Shown here: positions 27,722-37,278 of the stretch, in pieces | How positions within the stretch are numbered: the first letter of the stretch is position 1 | Layout: each line of letters begins with the position of its first letter | Origin: a virus | Lineage: Duplodnaviria; Caudoviricetes | Direction: 5' to 3' (one strand) | IMG/VR virus record: IMGVR_UViG_3300032318_002859 | Coordinates: 1 to 62,371 of that record | DNA length: 62,371 nt | Position numbers and translations under genes: made by a program | Notes under the pieces: model-generated | What the model saw: the letters and a program-made list of their open reading frames with translations, nothing else | Told to the model about the DNA's origin: nothing | Database searches by the model: none

Positions 27722-30526
27722 ATGGCCCGGATCACTTTCGCGGATGCCCTCGGCGTAATGGCCGTGCGCGGCATCCGCAACGTCTTCGGGCCCGGTGGGC
27801 AGCTGCGCGCCAAAGACCAGCTCTCGGCCCTGGTTGATGCCGTTCTGCAGCTAGTGGGCAACGCCAACATTGCCCCGGGCAATGCCGAGCAGGCCGAGCC
27901 GCTCAACAGTCCCTTCACGGTCTACGTGAACCCCCAAACCGGCAGCGATTGGTTCGTTGGGGGGGCCTACAACTGGTTCGAGGAAGCCGCCGGGGCCAGC
28001 GACGTCGCCAAGAATGCGGCCCGGCTCAGGCGGCTGGAGAACCAGCGGCTCGCCTGCGGTTACAGCCGCGAGCGGCCGTTTCGCACAATCAACCGTGCGG
28101 CCATCGAAATCATCATCGCAACCAGCAAGAGTTACTTCGCCTCAATAGCGGAAGACGCCAATGTCGAATCTCCGTGCATTGAGCTTTCGCCCGGAACCCA
28201 CATTGTCTACAACGACCCCGGCAACAGCTCCAGCGCCATTGCGATCAGCGAGTGGCCGGCGGCAGGCTTCACCCCTACACCTGAGCATCTGATTGCCTTC
28301 AACCCCAACAGTGGCGGCCTGGTCATCCCCAGAGGCGCCACGGTTGGTTCACCCCTCAGCCTGCAGCAATGCGTCATCAGGCCGTCCTTCGTGCCGGCCC
28401 CAGCAGATGAAGCGGCCGACTACAGCAACCGGGTGGCGATCCTGAAGCTCAGCAGCGTCTGCCACACCCCGAGCCTCACCTTCCGCGACAAGCTGGGCGC
28501 CACATCCACCCATCACCTGCTCGACTGCATGCATGCCGCCAGCCAGGCAGATCTCGATCAGCTCTACGCCAAGGTGCGAACTGCCGTTGGCGGGGCCAAC
28601 AACACGGGCAACATCTCCACCACCCTGGCGGTCGCCAGGCCGGCGGAATGGGAGACGGTGGGTCCGATCGCCGGCAGCCCTTCAGAAGCCTGGGATGGCG
28701 CCAAGGGCGGCCAACCGTTCCTCGACAACTGTGCGCTGTTCACGGAATGGGGTATGGGCGGAGTGTTCTGGGACGGCTCTCGCCTGGCCGGCCTGAAAAG
28801 CCTGGTGGTCTCCCTGTTCACCAGCACATGCGAGCAGCGTGATCTCAGCTGCTGGGAGGTCTACCGGCAGGGGGCTTGGCTGCCCGCCGCGAGCTATCAA
28901 GAGCTGATCGATGCGGAGTCCGACAACGTGCGGATGAAGCCGCAGCGGATGAGCCACCACATCACCGTGACCAGTGATGCCGAGGCCCGGCTTTCCCGCA
29001 TCATCACCATCGGCGCCGGCCGTCATCTCCTGGCCGACAGTGGCGCCCAGGTGGAGTGCAGCAACTCCAGCGGCCACTTTGGCGGTTGCGTGGCGGTGGC
29101 CCGGGGCTACCGGAGCTCCAGCGTGGCCATCGACAGCGGCTGGATCCTCCGGCGCCTGCGGGTGGCCCGCAGCGTCGCCGATCAGACCGGCAACGTGCAG
29201 CAGATCACCCTGGGCGTGGTTGCGGCCATCTCCAACAGCCAGATCACGCTGGTGAATTCTCTGGCGTCGAGCGATGACCCTGCCAACCCCGCCATCCTGG
29301 CGGCCAGCGGCTTCAGCCTGCCCGCCGGCACCCTCGTGTGGGTGGACAACCCGAGCGGCGTGGACTGGCGCGCCACCCTGGCGGCCGGCGCCTGGAGCAG
29401 CGGCTCCCCGACCCGGATCAACATCACAGGGGCAGCCCTGCAGGCCGGCACGGCCGCGGCCATCGGAACCGTCAGCGGGGTGTCCCTGGCGGTCGGACAG
29501 CGGGTCTACATCCGCCGGCTCATCGACACCCGTACCACAAGCCAGCGGCGCATAACCCTCAGGTTGGCCAACACCACCAGAGGGCGGGTGCCCCTGCGCC
29601 ACAGCATCCTCCAGACCCGGCCTGGCAACAGCGGAGAGGGCATCACCCGCGTGCTGGCCCCTGGCGGAGCGGAGGTGCTGGAAGTCACCAGGGCGATCGG
29701 GATCCCGGTGGAGGGGGCCGGGGTGGTACTGGCGGCGGAGATCACAATCCGGCGTTCCTGCCCTGAAGAGGTCTATGCCGCCGGCTTGTTCTACCGCCAG
29801 GGCCAGACCGTGAAGCACGCCGGCAAGCACTTCACCGCCAGGGCCACCTTCACCGCCACTGGATCACTGCCAGATCCTGCCCTGTGGCAGGAGAGCCACG
29901 TGCAGCAGGAATCGAGCTTCAACCCAGAGGATCTCCCCACTCTGGAGGCACCGGTGATGATCTTCGACACCGATACCGATGGCAGCACCGATGTGACCGC
30001 GACATGCGGCATCAACTGGAGCACCATCTACACCGCCGCCGGCAGCGTGCGCGATCAGCTGCGCAACGCCACCGACTACCGAGGTGCCCTGGCCCTGCTG
30101 CTGGCCCTGGGCTTCTCCTCCGCAGATGCGCACAGCGCCCTGCTGCCACGCACTGAGGCCAGCCGGGAGCTTGACCCTGCTTCGGCCACCGACTTCCCAG
30201 CGGCTCCCAGTGGCGGTGCTGCCAGCGGCAGGGCCAACTGGGCTCTGGAGTTCCGCCAACCCAGCAGCATTCAACTGCTCGGGCACCGGTTCAACGCTCC
30301 AGGATTCTGGAACTACTCCCGGGCCCTGCTGCGGGCTCGCAAGCCGCTCTCAGCGCTTAATGCGTTCCATGCATTCTTCGCCGCTGTCCAGGGCGGGCGG
30401 GTGGAGGCGCAAGGCCTGAACACCGACGGTTTCGGGGTCAGCAACCAGGGGTTGTTCAACACCGACACCGGTGAGCTGACCCCGGTGAGCAGCATTGGCG
30501 TCTTGCAAAAGACGCTTCCCGATTGA
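27722..30526 (+). CDS. Large tail fibre/spike protein with CBM5/12-like motif
   Basis: VYVNPQTGSD..RPFRTINRA; YAAGLFYRQGQTVKHAGKHF..W. Confidence 0.75.
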   Translation: MARITFADALGVMAVRGIRNVFGPGGQLRAKDQLSALVDAVLQLVGNANIAPGNAEQAEPLNSPFTVYVNPQTGSDWFVGGAYNWFEEAAGASDVAKNAARLRRLENQRLACGYSRERPFRTINRAAIEIIIATSKSYFASIAEDANVESPCIELSPGTHIVYNDPGNSSSAIAISEWPAAGFTPTPEHLIAFNPNSGGLVIPRGATVGSPLSLQQCVIRPSFVPAPADEAADYSNRVAILKLSSVCHTPSLTFRDKLGATSTHHLLDCMHAASQADLDQLYAKVRTAVGGANNTGNISTTLAVARPAEWETVGPIAGSPSEAWDGAKGGQPFLDNCALFTEWGMGGVFWDGSRLAGLKSLVVSLFTSTCEQRDLSCWEVYRQGAWLPAASYQELIDAESDNVRMKPQRMSHHITVTSDAEARLSRIITIGAGRHLLADSGAQVECSNSSGHFGGCVAVARGYRSSSVAIDSGWILRRLRVARSVADQTGNVQQITLGVVAAISNSQITLVNSLASSDDPANPAILAASGFSLPAGTLVWVDNPSGVDWRATLAAGAWSSGSPTRINITGAALQAGTAAAIGTVSGVSLAVGQRVYIRRLIDTRTTSQRRITLRLANTTRGRVPLRHSILQTRPGNSGEGITRVLAPGGAEVLEVTRAIGIPVEGAGVVLAAEITIRRSCPEEVYAAGLFYRQGQTVKHAGKHFTARATFTATGSLPDPALWQESHVQQESSFNPEDLPTLEAPVMIFDTDTDGSTDVTATCGINWSTIYTAAGSVRDQLRNATDYRGALALLLALGFSSADAHSALLPRTEASRELDPASATDFPAAPSGGAASGRANWALEFRQPSSIQLLGHRFNAPGFWNYSRALLRARKPLSALNAFHAFFAAVQGGRVEAQGLNTDGFGVSNQGLFNTDTGELTPVSSIGVLQKTLPD

Positions 30527-30563
30527 TTGCCGAACCTAGAGTAAAAGCATTCGGCACGGCGCC

Positions 30564-30827
30564 ATGCCCGCTCAGGAGATCTCCCATGATCCCAACCTCC
30601 CTCAGGTGGTAACGCGCAGCTATCTGCTGCCTGTTCTGGCCACCATCTCAGCCATGTCCATCATGGCCGCGGCCAGTGCCACCATTGGCGTCTGGCGAGA
30701 CGTGTCTGTGATCAAGCAAGCGCTCAGTATCGCAGTGAAGAATAGCGAAACGATAAAAGGCGAACAAGATGACATCAGAGATACTCTGCAAGATCACGAA
30801 ATCCGTCTCACAAAGGGGGGGCTATGA
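30564..30827 (+). CDS. Small membrane protein (holin-like)
   Basis: One TM segment plus coiled coil ending DHEIRL; lysis region. Confidence 0.55.
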   Translation: MPAQEISHDPNLPQVVTRSYLLPVLATISAMSIMAAASATIGVWRDVSVIKQALSIAVKNSETIKGEQDDIRDTLQDHEIRLTKGGL

Positions 30828-31252
30828 GCCATTCCAGGCCCCAGCTCATTCGCCGCCGCGCGGCAGCCGTCTCGCCGATCCTCGGCGCTGGCCTCACCAT
30901 CGCGGGCTGGGTGGTGGTGGCCAACGTCGCCTGGCAGCTGGTGGCAGGCCTCACCCAGGCCCTGCTCTGTGAGGCGCGCAGCCGGCGGCCTCTGGAATGC
31001 CTGCCGGCCTGGTCACAGATGGGCGAGATCGGCCGCAGATCCACCGACACGCTTCTGGCTCTGGTGGTGCACAGCCCGGCAGACTCCGCCGCCGCTGCGA
31101 TGGGTGGCGTCGGTGGCGTGCTCCTGAGCCGGCGCAACGGCCGCTCTGAGGCCAGCGAGGACAGCCCGGAGGTGCTGAGCGGGCCGATCGGCATCGTGCC
31201 GTCCCCAGTGCGAGGCGGTGACGAATCGGAGGATGATCCGACTCCGGCATGA
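30824..31252 (+). CDS. Membrane protein (holin candidate)
   Basis: Hydrophobic segments; coupled to lysozyme. Confidence 0.55.
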   Translation: MSHSRPQLIRRRAAAVSPILGAGLTIAGWVVVANVAWQLVAGLTQALLCEARSRRPLECLPAWSQMGEIGRRSTDTLLALVVHSPADSAAAAMGGVGGVLLSRRNGRSEASEDSPEVLSGPIGIVPSPVRGGDESEDDPTPA

Positions 31253-31989
31253 CCCAGGCTGGGGATGGGCCGCTCCACAGACCGCCCGCTCCCAAGCCAT
31301 CTGCCAAGCCACGCATGGATCCCTCGTTGATGCGCTACGCCCTGCACACCATTGCGGGGCATCCTGGCCATGAGGCCTTTTGGTCAGCGGTCGAAGCCCT
31401 CCTCAGCCCTGAACAGCGCCAGCGGCTCGCGCACCGGGGCGACATCCGGGAATCCACCTGGTCGAAGGCTCAGGAGCCGCCCGCACCAACGGCGCCGCCT
31501 GCACCCCCCGCAACCCCTCGGGCGGTTGCCGTGGCCCTGCCTCTGGTGAAGGAGTTCGAGGGCTGCCGCTTGACGGCCTACCCCGATCCGGAAAGCGGCG
31601 GGAAGCCGTGGACCATCGGCTGGGGCAGCACCAGCTATGCCAACGGCAGCCCGGTCCAACCTGGCGACGTGATCAGCCAGGAGAAGGCTGACGCCCTGCT
31701 ACAACTCCGCCTGCACCGGGACTGGCAGGGCCTGATGGCAAGCGACTTCCATCGGATCTACAGCGGCCTCACGGCGAATCAACAGGCGGCCCTGCTGTCC
31801 TTCACCTACAACTGCGGCCCGAACTGGTTCGGCGCCGATGGCTTTGCGACGCTCACCCGCTGCCTCAAGGCAGGCCAGCTGGACAAGGTGCCCGGCATCT
31901 TGCTGCTCTACGTGAACCCGGGCGGCCCCAGCGAAGCCGGGCTGCGCCGCCGCCGCCGAGCTGAAGGTGCCCTCTGGAACGCTCAGTAG
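31249..31989 (+). CDS. Endolysin, GH24 lysozyme
   Basis: KEFEGCRLTAYPDP..WTIGWGST..ALLSFTYNCG..GLRRRRRAE. Confidence 0.92.
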   Translation: MTQAGDGPLHRPPAPKPSAKPRMDPSLMRYALHTIAGHPGHEAFWSAVEALLSPEQRQRLAHRGDIRESTWSKAQEPPAPTAPPAPPATPRAVAVALPLVKEFEGCRLTAYPDPESGGKPWTIGWGSTSYANGSPVQPGDVISQEKADALLQLRLHRDWQGLMASDFHRIYSGLTANQQAALLSFTYNCGPNWFGADGFATLTRCLKAGQLDKVPGILLLYVNPGGPSEAGLRRRRRAEGALWNAQ

Positions 31990-32759
31990 AGCCAGATCAC
32001 TGCCGGCCGCACACCAGCGCCCGGCACGAACCGGCCACCGTTGCGCCGATCGAGGTGAATGAAGCCCCGCTGGCGGCCATCCCCGAAGCCACCAGTCCAG
32101 CGGGGCAGCAGGAAGTCGTAGAGGGCCTGCAGTGGCATGCCGATCGGGTAGATGTCCATGGCCAGGCCAGTGACATGGAAGCTGTTGAGCACCCCGCCCA
32201 CCTCGCGGTTGATGGGTTCCGGCCGGTAGAAGCTGGTCACCCCCAGGGGCCGGCCCCAGGCCTGGCGGATCGCCTGGAACTCAACGGCGGTGGCCAGAAT
32301 CCGAGGGATGACGGCGCTCTGGGCGCTGGGCCGCCGCCGAGGGTCGAACTGCAACACCTCGCCCACGGTGAGGCTTGGGGTCACCATGGCCCCGAAGTCG
32401 CTCCAGTCGATCGCACCAGGCTGCAGGATGGCCGCGGCCGATGGCGCTGCGGCCGGCGCTGTGGCCTGGTGCGATCGAAAGTGGGGGGAGAAGACATGCC
32501 ACTGGCCGCCACCATGAGCCAGCTCCACGACTTCGTGGGCAGTGCCTGGGATCTCGCGCGTCTCCAGCACCTGAAGCCGCTTGCCGGCCGGAACCAGCAC
32601 CTTCTCGTTGTCAGCCAGATCGGCCGCGGCCTCGGTGGACTTCTTCAGCCACGTGTCTTGCACCGCCTGCAGCGTGAAGAGCACCGGCTTCTCCGGCGCC
32701 TGCTGGGGCGCCGCAACGGGCGGAGTATCAGCGGCCGGCTTACTGCTTCTGGATGTCAT
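31983..32759 (-). CDS. Peptidase M15 endolysin-like protein
   Basis: TSFYRPEPINREVGGVLNSFHVTGLAMDI..FIHLD; N-terminal DTWLKKS domain. Confidence 0.88.
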   Translation of the reverse strand: MTSRSSKPAADTPPVAAPQQAPEKPVLFTLQAVQDTWLKKSTEAAADLADNEKVLVPAGKRLQVLETREIPGTAHEVVELAHGGGQWHVFSPHFRSHQATAPAAAPSAAAILQPGAIDWSDFGAMVTPSLTVGEVLQFDPRRRPSAQSAVIPRILATAVEFQAIRQAWGRPLGVTSFYRPEPINREVGGVLNSFHVTGLAMDIYPIGMPLQALYDFLLPRWTGGFGDGRQRGFIHLDRRNGGRFVPGAGVRPAVIWLY

Positions 32760-32958
32760 GACGTGGCTCTGTCTTGCCTTCAGTCTGGGCATTCCGCTTC
32801 GGGCGGGGACAGCGGCGATGCGCGCGTATCCACCCCTCGGTGTGGCGCACGGCCTCATTCAGGGGCAGCGGCAACGCCAGAGTCTGGCGAGCCTGGCAGT
32901 GAAGGCACAGCATTACTGGTGGGTTGCTGTGGAAATCCAGGATGCAATGGTCAGGCAT
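32740..32958 (-). CDS. Small Cys/His protein
   Basis: CLHC..HRRC. Confidence 0.45.
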   Translation of the reverse strand: MPDHCILDFHSNPPVMLCLHCQARQTLALPLPLNEAVRHTEGWIRAHRRCPRPKRNAQTEGKTEPRHDIQKQ

Positions 32959-33030
32959 TGATCACAAGCACTAGATCAAAGTGTCGCCAAAAAGCAAGCC
33001 CATGGCTGGCGACCGATAAAGCCTTGCTGG

Positions 33031-33420
33031 TCATGGCTGCAGTCCTTCTGGACGGCTGTAATCAAACCGCCACCACCGGGCAGACACCCTATCTGCTTGA
33101 TCATCGAACAGATTTTCACGGCAAGCGACAGGAGAACCCTGTCTATCAAAGAACACTACGGCAAGTTCCACCATCCCGTGGTTGACATAGATGTGTTGTT
33201 TCCTGCACCAACCGCTGCACGGGACGGTCTCTACCATCTCTGCTATCGGCAGGGTGGTAGCAGGACCAACTACCTGCTGACCAGTCTCTGGGTCAAGCAG
33301 AATTTGCAATGAACCTGGCGGGAAGACTCGTCCCTTGATGGGAATGCCAATCCCAGGGGAGCGAGCGATTAGGACCAGATCACCTTCGTTGATGCTCAAC
33401 TTGTGCAATGTATCTTCCAT
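33031..33420 (-). CDS. Hypothetical protein
   Basis: Lower-GC ORF; likely start MEDTL. Confidence 0.5.
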   Translation of the reverse strand: MEDTLHKLSINEGDLVLIARSPGIGIPIKGRVFPPGSLQILLDPETGQQVVGPATTLPIAEMVETVPCSGWCRKQHIYVNHGMVELAVVFFDRQGSPVACRENLFDDQADRVSARWWRFDYSRPEGLQP

Positions 33421-33475
33421 TGCAATGTAGGTGCCCCATGGCCTGAGGAATAAAGAGGTTGCGTTGTAGACCGTT

Positions 33476-34045
33476 TTAAGGGAAACGTCTCCGCATCTGG
33501 TCAAGTGATTGACGGAGATCCACTCGATCCCGCTGTGCTCGATTCCGGTGACTGCTTCGCGAGTGATTCCCTCCGACAGATGCACCATCCAAGGGACAAT
33601 GCAGTGCTCGCTCCTCACCAGGGAGACCCCCGCCGCCTCCAGGGCCTGCGGTGTGTCGGCTGAGAAGCTGACGATGGGAGATGAGGTCCGCGATGAGCTG
33701 GAGCCAGAAGGGGGTGCCATCGAAGATGTGTGCATCGGACAGGGGGATGAGAACCCAGCCAGCCAGCTGGGCGAGGGTGGTCTTGGTGATGTCTCTGGTG
33801 ATGCCCCGGCCTGTGGAGTGTCCACCAGGCCGCCAGATGCCGCCGTTGATTTCGACAGCCACCTGGGCATCAGGCCAGGCAAAGTCTGCCCGGAAGGCAG
33901 TGAACTTACGCGACCGAAGCCGTTCTTGCTTCTGGTAGGAGGCCCAGGCGTCCCACACCGGCAGCACGAACTCGCGCTGAAAGGGCAGGCCAGGGAAAGA
34001 CACCAGCCACTGGTTGGCAAACGCTTCTTCCAGATGACTGGTCAT
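33476..34045 (-). CDS. PD-(D/E)XK Vsr/DUF559-like endonuclease
   Basis: SHLEEAF..FRADFAWPDAQVAVEINGGIW..GHSTG..RD..K..GW. Confidence 0.85.
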   Translation of the reverse strand: MTSHLEEAFANQWLVSFPGLPFQREFVLPVWDAWASYQKQERLRSRKFTAFRADFAWPDAQVAVEINGGIWRPGGHSTGRGITRDITKTTLAQLAGWVLIPLSDAHIFDGTPFWLQLIADLISHRQLLSRHTAGPGGGGGLPGEERALHCPLDGASVGGNHSRSSHRNRAQRDRVDLRQSLDQMRRRFP

Positions 34046-34355
34046 CCTCGATCGCGATAGGGAAGGGTCGGGCCCAGTGCATCACCATGGCAGTGGCCGG
34101 ATCAGATGGGCCATGGCACAGAGCCATCACCCGCAACACGCTATGGATGGAGGATGGTTCCGTGTACTGGAGGTCGTTGTGGCGAGCCCCCAGGGCCGCT
34201 TCAATGACCCAGAGCAGGGCCTTGAAATCGTTGGCGGGAAGATGGTCAGGCCGGCAGCGCTGAAGCTGCTGCGGGCCGTAGCCGCGTTTCAGGAAAAGGG
34301 TGCCATCGGCAAACAGGGCAAACCCTGTGATGGGCTGGTTGCTGAGGGAGTCCAT
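33906..34355 (-). CDS. Hypothetical protein
   Basis: Fills gap in leftward operon; overlaps next gene. Confidence 0.45.
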   Translation of the reverse strand: MDSLSNQPITGFALFADGTLFLKRGYGPQQLQRCRPDHLPANDFKALLWVIEAALGARHNDLQYTEPSSIHSVLRVMALCHGPSDPATAMVMHWARPFPIAIEDDQSSGRSVCQPVAGVFPWPALSARVRAAGVGRLGLLPEARTASVA

Positions 34356-34376
34356 GAGGAAACAAAATGATGCAGA

Positions 34377-34799
34377 TCAAGCGGTGGTAGTGGTCCTGTC
34401 GCTGCCGCTGCGATCGACCGCAATGGCAGTGCCAAGCCGCGGGCGCAGGGGAATGGGCGCCGCCAGGTCCAGCACCCCCTGATTGGGGTCATTCCGGCAG
34501 AGGCCTCGCTGGTCTTTGTTGTAAAACCAGATGCTGGACTCCCTGATCGGCTTGGGCGCTTTCACATCAACCTGATCCTTCACGACCAGGCGGTTTTCAT
34601 GCCCCAGCTGCGTCACGATGATCTTCAGGGTGATGGTCCCGGTGCCGCCGTTGGCGAGCACCGCCTCACTGACCTTGGCCAGGGCGTCGGACAGCTCGGT
34701 GTGGGTGAGCCCATTGCGCTGGGAGAAAAGGAACTGCCCGAAGGGAGAAGCCTCCAGGGCTTCGTCCTCGTCAAGATTCTTGTTGATCGCGTTGTCCAT
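34377..34799 (-). CDS. YfdP-like protein (partner of DUF2303)
   Basis: ELSDALAKVSEAV..GTITLKI..KAPK..SIWF..LCRNDPNQ. Confidence 0.75.
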   Translation of the reverse strand: MDNAINKNLDEDEALEASPFGQFLFSQRNGLTHTELSDALAKVSEAVLANGGTGTITLKIIVTQLGHENRLVVKDQVDVKAPKPIRESSIWFYNKDQRGLCRNDPNQGVLDLAAPIPLRPRLGTAIAVDRSGSDRTTTTA

Positions 34800-34840
34800 G
34801 GTTTGAGAGGGAACGGGGTAAATGGGGTTTGCAGTGGAGA

Positions 34841-35752
34841 TCAGACACACCCGTAGAAAACGGGCATCTCCAGAAGGCTGGAGACTTCGTCAATCACCTC
34901 CTTGAAGGCGTGCTCAATGGCCATTTCCGGGTCCACCAGGAGGACGGAGAGCTTAACGGCGCTGTCTACGACCCGATAGCGGAGGCGGGCCTTTACCGCG
35001 TAGGCCTTTCCGTATTTGAACAACGGCAGCGCGATGGTGAGTTCCTCTGGAATTGTGATGTCAGCACGCTCACCAGCGGTGGCTTGAATGTTTTCCTCGC
35101 GCTTCAGCTTGATGGCACCACTCGAAAGCCGCACAGCACTTTGAAAGTCGACTGTGCTTTTCGCCTGGAAGGTCTGGGCGATCTCCAAGATCGTGGCCGC
35201 GGCCGGCGACTGGAAGGATCCCAGGTTGAGCTCGCAAAACTCGGCGAAGTCTTGCTGGGCCATGTACTTGCCGCTCGCCTCCCGCCACCGAATCGCCTCG
35301 GGGCTCAACGCCAGCTTCAGGTCGGCGTTGACGTTGCCCCACTCATTGGGCTGCGCATCGAAGATCAGCCGGATGGTGCGGGCGTTTTCATTTGCTATGC
35401 AGAGGGCCTGGCTGCGCTGTGGCCGATAGGCATTATTTTCGCGGCATTCATCATCGTTGTTGCGGCCTTCGGGTCCGTTGAAGAGACCATTCACGTAAAA
35501 CGTGAAACTGCGCACGTCGTGAAACTCGAAGCTCAACTCAGGATTGAGCCTTTGCAAACCTGCGCGCTTCAGTTGCTGGGGCTGGGTGAGGTCAATGGTC
35601 TCATAGCCGTGATTTGTGCGGATGGCGTAGACCTTGCCAGGAAGGAGATCCACCGGTGCCACACCCAGCAGAGTCTGCTCGATGACGGCGTCGGCCTCGG
35701 TCCGGCCTAGGCACTCCTGCAACTCGACCTTGATGTCTTGAGACTTATCCAT
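34841..35752 (-). CDS. DUF2303 (YfdQ-like) protein
   Basis: QQDFAEFCELN..FQSAVRLSSG..ARLRYR. Confidence 0.85.
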   Translation of the reverse strand: MDKSQDIKVELQECLGRTEADAVIEQTLLGVAPVDLLPGKVYAIRTNHGYETIDLTQPQQLKRAGLQRLNPELSFEFHDVRSFTFYVNGLFNGPEGRNNDDECRENNAYRPQRSQALCIANENARTIRLIFDAQPNEWGNVNADLKLALSPEAIRWREASGKYMAQQDFAEFCELNLGSFQSPAAATILEIAQTFQAKSTVDFQSAVRLSSGAIKLKREENIQATAGERADITIPEELTIALPLFKYGKAYAVKARLRYRVVDSAVKLSVLLVDPEMAIEHAFKEVIDEVSSLLEMPVFYGCV

Positions 35753-35990
35753 GGTGAAAGGCAAAGAAAGGTGTTGGAAAAGTGTTGCTGCGAATGGCCT
35801 TGGTGCGGTTCAGATGGGCAGCAAGGCCTGGAGCGAAACCGCATCCCTCGACGGGGCCCGTTGCATGGGAGAGGCCGGGTTTGGCTCCACCAAGTCGTCC
35901 GCTCAGTGGCCAGCATTCCATGGGAGGCCATCAGTGCAGCACCAGCACAGGCTCAGGGGCCACGTGCTGGTGAGCGATACATGCTGCAGC

Positions 35991-36944
35991 TCATGGCCGT
36001 CCTTCCCCAGCACTGGCTGCGCTTGTCCGGACAGAGCTGGCATGCAACGCCAGAAGAGCTTTGATTTCCTGTAAGCGTTCAGGAAAGATGTCAAAATCTG
36101 CCATCTCCTCTTCAAGGGCGAGGCGCTTTTCCTTGCTGAGCCATCCCGGCGGTGGACGCTTTGGGCTGGTCTGCACATCTCCGCCAGCCCCTGCAGGCCT
36201 GGCGGGGGGCTCAGCTCGACGTCGTTGTGGATCGGCCGCTGCAGATCCTGCTTGGGACCGAAAAACTGTTTTAGAAGCGCCGGGACCATTGCCAGCAGCG
36301 TCGTCAGCACGGGCTTCAGCCAATCCCAGCACCAGTTGCAGCGCTAATCGGCGGGCCGTGGTCAGCCCTGCGGCATAAGCCTGCCCTGGCCGATCGCTTT
36401 CGTCGTCCACATAGAGCGGAACCGGCCCGCCGCCAATCGCGCCGCCAGAGATGTGAATGAGGTAGCCGGTCACGATCGGAGCGCCGGTGTCATCCAGTTC
36501 CGTGTGGGTGACGGCGCACAGACCGAAAGTGGCAGCTGTTTGCGCAACCTGCATCACCTGAGCCAGGTCTGCCCAGCCGAAGGAGACAGGAGCCCCTTTC
36601 TTGGTGGTGTATTTCGCCGACCTGTTCTCGGTCAGCGTGGGGTTTGTTGCATGCCAGGCAGCCAAGGCCTGGAACAGATCAAGCTGTTGCGAAAGCGTGG
36701 GCTTATAGCCCAAGAACTCAACCAGCCGGCGCGGCTGGTCATCCCGACCATCGCGCACTTCCTGCCGCAACTCACCAAAGGCGGTGCGCATCGCCTCAAC
36801 CCGGCGGGCCGCGTCGGCCTCAAGAGCGGAAAGACGATCCGCCAGATCTTGCACGGCAAAGCCGATGGCCTGCTCATCGGCCGGCCATGGCGTCGCCTGA
36901 GCCACCGGATCAGCCGGCACGGCAGGGAATTGGCTGCTGTCCAT
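35991..36944 (-). CDS. ERF-family single-strand annealing protein (divergent)
   Basis: WADLAQV..LIHISG..GQAYAAGLTTARRLALQLVLGLA..DD. Confidence 0.7.
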   Translation of the reverse strand: MDSSQFPAVPADPVAQATPWPADEQAIGFAVQDLADRLSALEADAARRVEAMRTAFGELRQEVRDGRDDQPRRLVEFLGYKPTLSQQLDLFQALAAWHATNPTLTENRSAKYTTKKGAPVSFGWADLAQVMQVAQTAATFGLCAVTHTELDDTGAPIVTGYLIHISGGAIGGGPVPLYVDDESDRPGQAYAAGLTTARRLALQLVLGLAEARADDAAGNGPGASKTVFRSQAGSAAADPQRRRAEPPARPAGAGGDVQTSPKRPPPGWLSKEKRLALEEEMADFDIFPERLQEIKALLALHASSVRTSAASAGEGRP

Positions 36945-37031
36945 CAAGAGCGTCCGGGATTGGGCTGGTTGCTGGTTGGCTACGCTTCGCCAGGCCCAGC
37001 AATCGAACACTAGCACCATTGTCAGAGCACT

Positions 37032-37271
37032 ATGAACCCACTCAGCAACGGCGCCCCCTCAACCCCAGACGGCCCTCCCCTGGCCTGCATCACCCGCAAC
37101 GGCACCGTCTTGGAAGTCACCGTTCTTCACGCGACAGCCGCTGACCTGCTCTGGCAGCTCCGCCAGGGCCTGGCAGCGGTGTACGGCTGCTCAGCCCTGC
37201 GCCTCACCGTGGTGGGCACCCCGATTGAGATCCAATGGCAGCGCCCCAGGGGGCCGCGCCAACGCGGCTGA
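37032..37271 (+). CDS. Hypothetical protein
   Basis: Fills gap; ATG start. Confidence 0.45.
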   Translation: MNPLSNGAPSTPDGPPLACITRNGTVLEVTVLHATAADLLWQLRQGLAAVYGCSALRLTVVGTPIEIQWQRPRGPRQRG

Positions 37272-37278
37272 TGCCGGA

